Origin: Oculina patagonica
Lineage: Eukaryota
Length of the DNA: 64,000 bases
Reading direction: 5' to 3'
Assembly: GCF_052425735.1 (NCBI RefSeq)
Contig: NC_135763.1
Span: 23,188,001 to 23,252,000 of the forward strand
The notes below the pieces were generated by a model, which saw only the letters and a list, made by a program, of their open reading frames with translations, did not search any database and had not been told where the DNA came from. Position 1 is the stretch's first letter. Every line of letters starts with the position of its first letter. A program made the position numbers and the translations under genes. Positions 1 through 12,200 of this stretch are shown in pieces.

Positions 1-3000
1 CTCCGTAGCCTAATGGGCATGCACATATCCTATCAGACGGAGGAAAAGCTACTCCGCTATTCAGACAGGTCTTGTTCTTTTCTGGTCCAACCAAAGTGAA
101 CTCGCAGTGTCGTCCAGTATACCCTGGCGCGCACGAACAGGTATAACTAGTTTTGCCGATCGGTAGGCATGTGGCGTTGTTTAGACACGGTTTTATCTCA
201 CAAGGTAAGAGACATTCGGTGCACTGCTTGATGTCACGCAATTTGAGGTTTGACTTGATCAAGTTGATTTCTCTGTTATCCACGGATACAGCAGATATAC
301 AACCAACGAGCCCAGAATTAACGCCAACTTTGCGAGTGTCTATCTTTGTGAAGTTTTCCACGCCGCCTATGAACAAGTCTAAAGCGATGTTCAGTCCTTT
401 TGTGCAGCAGGGTGAGTGGTCTGTGACAGCTGGATCACTGTCGAGTAACAGAGAGCTCCTGTCGAGGTTACGCTCCACCAGAACAGTGTGCCACATTCCC
501 ACGGTGATATTTCTGGCGCTTCGCACAGTACCAGGACCACTCCCCAGATCAAACATAAACACAACTTTTCCGCCAATGATAGCCAACGAGATGAAGTCTC
601 CTCGTTGAGGATACCAACGCTGACCGTTGTAAAGCAGAAGCATATTGCCTGATTTTTGAACCATAAATCTAATGGCGAGTTTTAACTGTTGAGCAGCGCC
701 TTCGATGCCCGGGAATGATATGAACGAATTACCCTCGAACATGGGCGTGTCTATGGGAGCTCCTGAAGAAAGAGTGAGAAAAACAGAGATAACAACAGGC
801 TCGTTGTACAACCTTTGGTCACAAGATATTACATACATTTACAGTTAAATACCTCGAACACGTTGTTGGATTTCTTTGAGACAGTTGCACGCTGACAAAG
901 ATTAATATTGTTTTTTTTTCCTGTTCATTAAAACAAATTAACTTCTTTACAAAAGTCTTAACTGAAGGAAGACAGTATTAGAGTAGTATACGTTTATAAG
1001 TGTGGTATACTTTTATGTAGGTTAACACCATGCTTAGAAAGGCAGCCTGCGTGCAGACATCTCCTCAGTATTTCTTTTCACTCCCGTGATGAAACAAGAG
1101 ACGCCAGCATGCAGGCTTATAGATCGTCAGTATTAAAAAAAGTTGTGCAAGTTTGATGGTACATTCACTAATTCCACGTCATCAACTCTAACCATCTATA
1201 CTCTACTGCAAACTCGAGTTAACATACTACAACACACCTTCTTCACACCACTCCCCAGAGTAACCTGCTGGGCAAATACATTTAAAACCATCGTCTCCGA
1301 TATTCTCACAACGTCCTTCATTGCAAACTCCAGGAGAACACCGCTGACCGGCGCCTTGGCAAGTTCTTCCCGAGTAACCAGTCCTGCAACTACAGACAAA
1401 GCCCCAGGCTCCCGTCACCTCCTTACATGAACCACCGTTCTTACAAGGCCTGGTTGCGCAGACGTCACAATCTTCCAGTCCTACGCGGTTGATGGGATCT
1501 CCTACGTATGGTAACACCAATATGGTACAAAAATGAAAGTGATAAATTGACGTTTTATTAGAAGCGCAGTATAGTTTGATAACAAAAGTTTAACAAAAGA
1601 CCAGCCTAAATATATTTTGGCTTGATATTTTACAGTTGAGAAACAGAAAGCATTTCACGTGTTTATATAGTTATCAAAACAAGGATAGCCTGGGAACACT
1701 GACGCATTTGCGGCTGTCGCTAATTTCCGGCGGAGACACGCGACAGCCGCAAATGCGTCTGCGTTCGCAAACAAGGAGAGAGAGCTAAAATATTTCTTTG
1801 ATTCTAACGAATTAGAGAAACAAGACCATTCTGTTAGTTTGCACATTTTGTATGGCCCATTCTATTGTCTGATACAGTTTTTAAGAGATGCTTATAACAA
1901 GATATTGGAATAGCATTTAAAACACGTATATGCACGGATAAAATGACATTATAAAACTTACCAAGGTTTGCAACTTTCCCATCAATTACCAAATAGCTCA
2001 AGCAGCCAACGAAGCCTAATTTGAAACCCGACAAAGAACTTATGGACGAAAAGTCTGGGACTCCTCCCACGTACAACTGTCGGTTCAAGTTAAGCCCCGT
2101 ACTACCTCCCTTAGAAATCCCTGTCACAGGTGGCTTGTTGTCAACAGTCAGATTGCCTTCTTTCTCGTCACGTGATAGGATGACTGTGTGCCACTCGTAC
2201 AGACGCAGTGGTTGCTGGCTTCTGATAATTGCGGGCTCGAATCCAAGGTTAAATCTGAAATTCACGAAACATCTGTGGTTATTTTTTTTATAGATTATTA
2301 CGAGATATTAAGGAAATGCAAAGTTGGTTATAAGAGCTATAGATAAAGTTCAAGAGGACTTCCTGGATTCATGATACGCCGCCAAAATCCTTTATAAACC
2401 AGGAGTAAATGCGAGTGCACGCGCGAGTTAACGAGAATTCAAACTTTTGCTCTCGTTGCACCGCCTGCTCATATTTTGATGAGAACTGACTAGAATGATT
2501 CGCTCTTTTTGACAGGCAGGTGACATCAAATTTGGCAAATCTTTAACTAGTTTCACCGCGCGTTGACAACGGAAGAAAACTCTTATCAAAGTTCCATCCG
2601 CCGACCCTGGTCGACTCTCGTACATGCCTTTATGCTGGCAAATATGCCCGTCTGATAAACTATGACCGTAATGCTCTGATTTAACGCTCGGCTCAGTTGG
2701 GAATTCAAGGAAGAGCGCTTATTTGGGAGGACGCCGACGAGCGGCACCTAGTACCGCATCTTACCTTCTCTGAGGGACAAAAATGATTTTTGTTCTTACA
2801 TAGACTTTTGTCAACTCGCAGTCAAACGAGTTGAGAATTGATATTATTTGAAAAAAGAGGGAAAACTTTTGTCGACTTACATCAAAATTTGGCAGACATA
2901 GCGCTTATTTGAAGGAAGGCGATAAGTCAGATTATTATGTCAGTAACAGACTAGCACCCACCTAAATTCAGCAAATCCGTTTGACATTCCAAACGATATG

Positions 3001-4003
3001 AAGTCTCCAACAGAGCCATTGGTGAGCTGATCGTTGTATAATAAGAGTCCATCTGCCATCTCTGGTGCAAAGACAATCTCAACAGTGAAATTAAGCGGTT
3101 CCTCAGTTAATGTTGGTAGGCTCAGATAGGACAGCGGCCTTTGAGTAAACTTCGGTACGGTTACTAAGAGAAAAGAAACAAATAGTTGGTTACTTTTTGT
3201 ACTAAGGTAAACATAGCCGGGGAGTGGTGAGGGGATACCACGTAGGATTTGAATTCCCGATTCTACATCAGTTAATTGAGTTCGCAGTCTTCGCGGTGTT
3301 TTGTAAAATGTTCCTGTACAACGCCTACACTACCTTTGATATCTAAAGTTCCATTTCCTTTCGCTGATCCTTCGACATTGGAAGCTTCACAGAAATAAAT
3401 CCCAGCATCCTCTTGAGTCACATTAGCAATACTAAGTACTCCACCTCGCACAGTGCCATTCACCGGAAGTGAACCGTTCAATTTCCGCCATGTCAGTTTT
3501 GGTGAAGGCGAACCGCTAGCGATACAGGTGAATTCTGCGGGCTCGCCTATCCTTATTCGGGATTTCCGTGGAGTAACTGTAACCTTGGGAGCCTCTGAAA
3601 ACGAAAAAAGTTCATATTTTAAAGTAACTGTTGTTGATTAACAAACGTTCTCTCTTTCTTTCTTGCTTGGTTCGTTTTGCTCATCTTAAGCGAGATAATA
3701 TATCGTTATGCGTTCCATGGCGCTGGTACTTGAATTAGTCACTAGGTTTTCTTTCCTCAGCTATGCCCATCTAGATTACTTTTCTCCGCAGTGAAAATTG
3801 GGTGCCAACTGGTCTGCCCCTTGCCATCTGGGATTTTAGTCAAGTTTTGTTTATTTAGAAAAGTTGTTTTTGTGTTTGTCTACATTGGTCTGAAAAGCCC
3901 CATTCATGGATTAGTTAATAAGAATCATTTCAAAGTGATAAATGATCATCGCAGTGAATTTCCACTTTAAGCAATTGGAATAAAGAAGCCTGAAAAAAAT
4001 TCA

Positions 4004-4037
<34 letters not shown>

Positions 4038-7000
4038 GATACCGGTGCGATGCTCTACCAACTGAGCTATTGAAGCCACACATTGGGAGCGAGGTCAATT
4101 GTGAGTTCATATTTTACCCGTGAGAGGAGTGAAATGATGTAATGTATATGAAATGATTCATATATGAACTGCGGATGGATATGATATCACATCATTCCGA
4201 TGATGTAATGTCCACATATGGACATTACATCATTTCACTCCTCTCACGGGTAAAATATGAACTCACAATTGACCTCGCTCCCAATGCGTGGCTTCAATAG
4301 CTCAGTTGGTAGAGCATCGCACCGGTATCGCGGAGGTCACGGGTTCGAATCCCGTTAAAGCCCTGAATTTTTTTCAGGCTTCTTTATTCCAATTGCTTAA
4401 ATTGGAAATTCACTGCGATGATCATTTATCACTTTCATATAAATCCGCAGTTCATATATGAATCATTTCATATACATTACATCAAGAATCATTTCGTTAT
4501 TTATTTTACGGTTTGAGCGCCGCGTGACCACGAAGTAACGGTTGCGAATGAGTCTACGTCTACATTAACTTTGTTTTGATAAACTTTGACACGAACCTTG
4601 TACAAAGACAGCAACTTGGGACTGCACAGAGCCAACTCTGTTGGTAACATTGCAAGCATAGGCTCCCCCGTGTGAATGCCGGGCGTTGGCGATAACCAGA
4701 AGTCCGCCTTCTATAACTATTCCCTCGGGTAAGGGACCACCAACACTGGACCATACAATTTCAGGTTTTGGGATTCCCGTCCCGCGACACTCAAGTGTTA
4801 GTGAGCCGCCCACTGGTACAGTTTTGACTGACGCTCCGCCTGTTATAGAGACACTAGGAAGATCTGGAAAGAAAAGAAAGAAACAAAGTAAGAAAAGCTT
4901 TGAATAGCAATTATTTTTTTTTAAAGTTTAACCTGTCACGAGCATTATCAAACTGTCATAAGTTCAGCTAAGCTTCTACAGTAAGCTTTTCATACTATTT
5001 ATACGTCGAACTTACATGTTACAAAGAGGCGTTGCCAGCAAGAATAAAAGTGAAGAAAAATTGTTTCGAAATTGCTTATCCTAACAGTATGCAGGACGCG
5101 TGTCACATAATAAACCAAGGAAATGGCCTAGCTCACCACGAGTCTCTCGTAGCTCAGTTGCTTAGAGCGCCCAACCGGTATCTGGGAGGCCATGGGTTCG
5201 ATTCCCCTCGGGGACTCAGAAGTTTTCTTTGTCCCATGCTCGTGTCATTGTTGAACAATTTTTCTTCATTATTTATCACCGAGTTTAAAATTTACCATCC
5301 TTATTATTCACTACACTCAAGAATAAAAGTGTTTATATATCTATAACGGCGAGGAAGGTAGACGGAAGGGGACGTTCGCACATAAGCTTATACTGATCGA
5401 GTTTAGTGAGATTAGATGATTACTAAGAGTACTAATCGAGCTTTGTTCAAGCGTCGAACTTCTCATCTGGGCATAGATTGCGGTACAGCTGCGGTACACT
5501 ATGAAGTGTAACTACGGTTCCACCAAGATACATAACGGTACGACTGCGGTACGACTGGATGTGACTGGAAAATAAGCGCGGTTCCGCCGCAGCTTGCAAC
5601 TTTTTCACCAACTTCAGAAAACGACCTTGAACAAACCTTAGTTCCAAAAACATTAGCCTGGAAATTAAAAAAAACTCACAAACCTTCAACTGTGAGTATG
5701 ACAGGTTTTTGAGAGAATCCAGCCGCGTTAGTAGCTGTGCATATGTACCGTCCCTCATCCAAACTCACAATGCGTGTCAGAGTTAACACATCATTGGCAA
5801 CCAAATGCCTCCTGGGAAGATCTACGCCTTCTTTCGTCCACGTAATCACAGGATCTGGTGTGCCGGTTGCGTTGCACTGGAAACTAACATTTGAATTTGG
5901 CGAGGCTACCAAGGCCTCCGGGGAGACCGTTACCTGCGGTGCAACTAAGAAAGAATCAAAATAATGAGGTAATCAACTCCAGATTTTGGGACCAGAGAAT
6001 TCGTTTTGACGATACTATGTGAAAAGAGACAACTGCTGTATAGAGGAAATGAATTTGCAAAAAAAATCGCTTTTAATTTTCATATAGAGACCTAAACCGT
6101 TGAAATGTTGCGAAGAAGAAGGCGTACAATTTGCTGAACGTCAGAGCAAGACGACTCGTAAACACGAGGCCTAAATTCTAAAACAAATGAACTCAGACAG
6201 ATTATGGACTCTATATCCTCTTCAGTTACATTCACAAACTGTGTGCTATGGCAGGATGTTTTTAAGGGACTGTGTCACGGCTGAGTTTAGTTTAGTTTAT
6301 TAAATTTTGAAAAATATTCGCTATGAAACTTAATGTTTGCAAAGAAATTTATTCAATGAATGACAAAGCAATAGCTTCATTGCAACCATATGTGTCTCTC
6401 GAGCGTTATAATTTAAAGTTAAAAGCAAACAAGATATACTTTGAAAATTGTTTAGCACAAAAATATTACAAAAACCCATATCGCAATCCGTTCCAATCGC
6501 TTTTGGCCATCCGTACCTTCTTTTGTATTTGGTGTACTTTTGAAATGTTCCTTCGCTGTTTTAAGAGGTTATTTCAACGAATTTGATGGTCATTTGATTG
6601 CCATTTTCTAAAATCCGCGACACAGTCCCTTTAACCAACTATAAATAATTCTTACCAAACACTGTGACGCTTGCAAAACCTTCACTAGAGCCCGCTGCAT
6701 TGCTAGCATGACAGCGATACTTTCCGGTCTGTTCCACTTCCACCTCGTTAACAATCAGTGTTCCCTTGTCCACCTCACTTCCGCTGGGAATACTTCCGTT
6801 AACTTTTGACCACGTCACCGGAAGTGATGGTTTAACAAGACAAAAGAGGCGAAAGGAACTTCCCTGATTTACAGACAGCTGGGATGGAGTCACCTCGACA
6901 CGGGGAGGAACTAGGTTAAAAGAAAAAAAGGCCTCGTTAATGTGGTGTACAGTTTGGTGGTACTTGACAATTTATCTCTAATCACATATCTAGTGAGGAG

Positions 7001-9185
7001 GTGAGTTCGAGCAGTAGGATCTAAAAGACACCGTTAACTTTAAATTACGTATATACAAGTAAAAGTTTCCGTTTGCTGAATTTCTCTTCTGCTGCGATCT
7101 TCCTCCCCTTCTTGACTTGTACTTTGGCAACCTCGTCTCTAGGGCGCTTTTCCTTCAAATGTAGACCCTTCGGACTGCGGACGACGTTAGAACTTCTCGT
7201 TAAAGAAATGAAGGACCTTTCTCTTTGTCGCCATAATAAAATGTCAGAAGGCATTATAGAGGGGTGCAGTGAACTGGCAAAAGTAATAAACAGAATAAAG
7301 CGTCTAAAAGAATAAAGAGAATCTAAGCATGACAAGCAATTGCACAAAGAGAAAAAAGGTTTCAACAGAAACAAGGAAGCCACCGAGTATTGCACTAGAA
7401 ATTATTCAACATCAACTGTCACAAGGGGAGGAAGGGCGTTATTGGAAACACCAGGCGACTGTTCTAGGTTATGTTACATTTTCTTACCTATGACCTCTAA
7501 CTGCACGTTAGCGCTATCTTCTCCTTCACTGTTCATAGCCTTACAAAAGTATACCCCTGCGTCTTCTGGGCCTGCAGACGGGATGATCAGCAGTCCATTC
7601 CTATCAAGTGCACCGTTGGGTAGATCAGAGCCCAGTCTCTCCCAGGTTATACTCGGAGTTGGTATACCAGACGCGTTACAGCGGAACTCGGCCTTTTCAC
7701 CTTGGATAACCGTATTAGAAATAGATTCCACGGTAACTTCTGGAGCTTCGTGTGCCACAGTAACTGGACAAAAATCAAATTTGATCTCATATAAATGGTA
7801 ATAAAATAACTTACTGAGACGACTTGAGGTTTATAAACGTACTAGCAAAACACTGAATCAACTTCGTTTGTCCTGACTTCTCCCTGGTAGGAGAGCCAAA
7901 GTTTACACGAAAAAGTGTTAGCTCGCTCCCCAGGGTCACCCCTACCTTCAAAGCCAGTGACCCTGTGCTAACTTTGATATTTTCATGGCATAAGAAATAT
8001 AATAGTGGAATCCTGATTTGTTGAACCCTCAATTTTTCGAAACTCGCGATAACTCAAACGTCAAATCATTTCTCATTGCTTCTCTATTTCAAACACCGCA
8101 GCCTTATCTCCCCGTTGTCCTCTAAATTCCGATGTATCTCAATCCACTTTTTTTCCATTGGAAATCCGAGAAATCAGGATCCACTGTAGCTGACAACTCA
8201 AAATTCGTCATAGACTCGTAAAAAACCTTCAAAGAATATACCTTATTATAGGAATATAAGGAAGCATTTTAACAACGCGAACAAAATTTACGCGTAATAA
8301 AATTAACGCGAATTTAAGAAACGTTCTGCATATTCCTTATGCTAAAAAAGTTAACGTCAATACAATTAACGCGAATTCTTGAAATTCGCGTTAATAACAT
8401 GTATCGTTAATTTTCTATAATAAGGTATACATTTATTTACCTATCAACTGAACACTTTCCCGCGCTGTTCCCACCAAGTTTCTAGCTTGGCACGTGTAGT
8501 TACCCTGATCCTTTGCTCTGGCGTCCTCTATCATTAGTTTAAACAAACCAGGCCTGCTTTCTATCTGCTGGAGATTGGGTCGAGAATTCTCTGGAGCAAT
8601 CCACTGAACAGACGGAGGTGGGTCACCTGCGGCTGCGCATTCCAGCGTGACTGTACTACCAGCTGTCACGGACACAAGACTTGACGGGCTTACTATGATG
8701 TTGGGTTCACCTGGACAATGGATCAAGTATGAAGAGTCGATCCTTTTAACGCATGACAATAGGTTTCTTACATATAAAGGTGGTATATACCTATGAAACT
8801 CTTTGAATCTCCCATGATTGACATATGTATTTCCTTCACTAATTAAAACCATCAGCAGTTGTTTTGGCAAGACTTTTCATAACGACCTTAGCTAAGAACC
8901 TTTGACAGGCAAAAGTGATCAAAATCCTTTCAGATTGACACAACACTCAAGATTGCTTGGTTTTATTTATGCTTTTCTATGTAGAAAAAAGAGTGTTGTC
9001 CTACTATTAGCGGTTTGGAGATCTGGAGGTTTAAAGCGCGTTCGTTTGGGATCAATCCGGAATAAGAATAATTAGAATAATGCGAGTAATCGTTTGTTTG
9101 GGTGCTCTTCTCATTCCGGAATACTTGGATTTCCATATCGCAGGAGCAGAATAGTCGGGATGGAAATCCAAACATTCCGGAATAA

Positions 9186-9220
<35 letters not shown>

Positions 9221-12200
9221 GCTTAGTACATCAACACTTCCTCACTAAACCAAGGTGTGCAAATCTGTTCCAGGTCTGGGGGAACCTTATTATGATGCTG
9301 GGGGTTATCCGCTCTGGACTAAAATCCCATCTAAGGGGAGTAGTAATAACCCTAGTCACTCATGTTATGGAAACCGGGATAAGCTCCGGTCACGTGGGTT
9401 AGTCAGGTTGTAGGAAGACTTGTCCTTTACACATCGTCTTTCGCAGAAATCACAATTGGGCATAGACCTCTGTGTCTGATAACGAAATGATAAAAGATTG
9501 AAACACAGAGAAGGCACAGCAGTGACATAATTTTGCAATGCGAGTTAACGCCAGATAAATCTTGCCAGTCTTAACGGTTCTTTCGATAATTGATGTATGT
9601 TACATTGATTACCTTGGACGATAAGAAGAGCGATAGCCTCGGTGGATCCCATGTCGTTTGTTGCCTTACAAATGTACTTTCCCTGGCTGTCACCAGAGGC
9701 CGGCGAAATCACCAAAACACCGTCATTACTGCTGTTCAGCGGTTCATGTTCCTCTCTTTCCCAGACCACTGCAGGAGGCGGGTTACCAGCCTTGACTACA
9801 CACCGGAACACCACAGTCTCTCCTCCCGTAACTGTAAGCCTTCTTGCTGGCATGATTTCTATCTTTGGCATCTCCTTACCTGAAAGGGCGAAAACATATG
9901 CTCTCATTTCGTTGCCACGTAAAGTCCTTTTGTATTTTCCCATTTGAGGTGAAACCAAATTTTAACTATCAATTATTGCAATGACATCTGCAATTACCGA
10001 TATATCACCGGTAGATGTTCTCTGATAAGGACGATAAACCGTAGGCGCCGTCTCCTCCATCTGAAGTGTTATGATCAGCAGGGGACGTTAAAGAACCCAC
10101 ACACTTATCGCAAAGAGTAGGGCACGGAGTTGTGGTCTGACCAATTCACATGTATCCATGGCCATGGGTGGGTGGTGGAACGAGATCACATACAAGGACA
10201 GATAGCGGCTGCCAAAGGCACCTGATATGCTAATGTCCGATCTCGTCCCGTAACTCTAACTGTGAAGCGCATTTTGGGATTTGTAAATGCGCTATACAAG
10301 TACCATTACCATTGCCATTATGTGGGACCCTTTTGCCAAGGACAAAATTCCTAGTTTTTGTTACTCACTTTTGACGTTGACAATGCCTGTTGCTTGCTTG
10401 ACTCCTTTCTTGTTCTGGGCCACGCACACATACATGCCTTCGTCCTCTTTTGTCGCTTCTTGGATTTGCAACAATCCCTCGGTTACCACGTGATTGTCTG
10501 TTAACTCCTCACCAACTCTTGTCCACTGTATTGAGGGGTAAGGATCCCCCGAGACCTGGCATGAAAGAAGTGCTGAGGCACCTTCGTCGACAGTTTGATT
10601 TGCTGGTGAGACGACTGCAGTTGGACGCACCGAGGTATCTAAGAAAGAACGAGATGGAATCAAGCTTGTAAACCAAGGGACCCATTTTACGAAACATGCA
10701 CCCTTCCTTAGCAGACAGCATAAAATGCCGGCGGTGAACAGAATTTTAACACTTGACAACATAGAAACAGAACTTATTCTCTTATTGGCAACATTTGGAA
10801 TAAGACAAGTTCTTTTGGGTGAAGTTATATTGTAACGCGTCATAATATATTACCAGATTACTCATCGTTTTGTTGGTTTTTTACATCTCAGGCAATCCAA
10901 GACTCAACAAAATATACAACAACCACCCATGTAATTTCTCGAAATATAGGCATTTGGCTTGTGTATCCAAATGTCATAACTAACAAAATTAGACCACAAT
11001 GGATCGAGCATATGATGTCGAAATGAAGATAAATTCTGGAGTGGGAACTTGTTACGTTAGATTTGAAGACGTTTGTCCTCTTTACCTCTTTCGACAGTGA
11101 GAGTGACCAAGACTCCATCGGCTCCAAACGTATTAGCAGCTGTGCAAACATAGGCACCACCGTCCTCCAGCGTCGTCGGTAAAATACTTAGCAAGCCGTT
11201 CACAGAAGAAGAAGATTGAGGCAGTTGACCGTTTTCACGTGACCAGCTTATAGTTGGAGTCGGGTCTCCTTTTGCAGAGCACTCGAACCGGGCCTCTTCA
11301 CCTTCTAAAACTGTGAGCGTGTTAGGAGTAACGGAGATTGTAGGGACACTTCCGGGAGCTACAAGAAATAAAATCAAAGAAAAGAGCAAAGGTTGAGATC
11401 GAAAGATCTAAAAAAGAGAAACTTATCGTTTGAGAAGTTATCAATATTATGTTGGTACATGGTAACGATTGCAATCTGGCGAAACGATATCATGACCTTG
11501 CAAAAGTTGTTAGTACAAGCCATAACACGTGAACGACGAGAATTGTATTTGGTGTACTGGCTCAGAAATCTTAGAATTGATGAACCACTAAAGCTGCTTA
11601 TGGTGTCTTATTTAAACGTCATCATGTCGTTCTTATACTGAGCAAAAATAGAGATAGATAGCATCACACTTAATCTTGCCGCAAACGGCACAAAATCCCG
11701 CTTGTCGGGTGACACTTGGACATTTCGTTTAATCGTAAAGGGATAATTTAGAAAGCTGACGCCTCATCCATTGTTATACAAGGTGCTTTTAAACATTCTG
11801 TAACTAAGGAATCGCCTTCATACCCGAGACATTCAAGAAGGTTCCCGTGCTAGATATACCGCCCAAGTTGGAAGCTGTACAGAAGTACTCTCCTTGGTGT
11901 ACTTTTTTTACTGCATCAAATGTCAGCAGACCGTTGCCATTGGAAGTTTTGGCTTCTGGTGGTAGTCGACCGCCAGGACCACCGTGCCATTGGAGCACTG
12001 GGGCGGGAAATCCAGAAGCCGAGCAACGGAATTGAGCAGCGTCTCCCTCTCGGACGCTAAAACTGGCAGGACTTACAGAGACTTGGGGCTTTGTTACTAA
12101 GAAAGAATAAAATTGGTAAGTATCGCATGCGCCGCATTTAAATTGATAGCTTAACTAACCTGCGATCAGGCGTTCTTTTTTCTTTTTCGAAAGGGAGAGG

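Larger units (their letters stand above)
3932..4483. mobile_element. tRNA-related element made of two inverted copies of one unit
   Basis: 12-bp TSD aagaatcatttc (3920-3931, 4484-4495). Long inverted arms around a central hairpin. tRNA-like units at 4004-4077 (-) and 4290-4363 (+). Confidence 0.8.

Noticed and set aside
153-608. Plus-strand ORFs overlapping exons (also 7340-7801, 9642-9947 and others, and their duplicates)
   Set aside because: Antisense shadows of the minus-strand perlecan exons with no recognisable motifs.
4004-5217. Three tRNA-Thr(GGT)-like sequences as functional tRNA genes
   Set aside because: They sit inside TSD-flanked repeats, have imperfect stems and carry an anticodon not normally used in eukaryotes.
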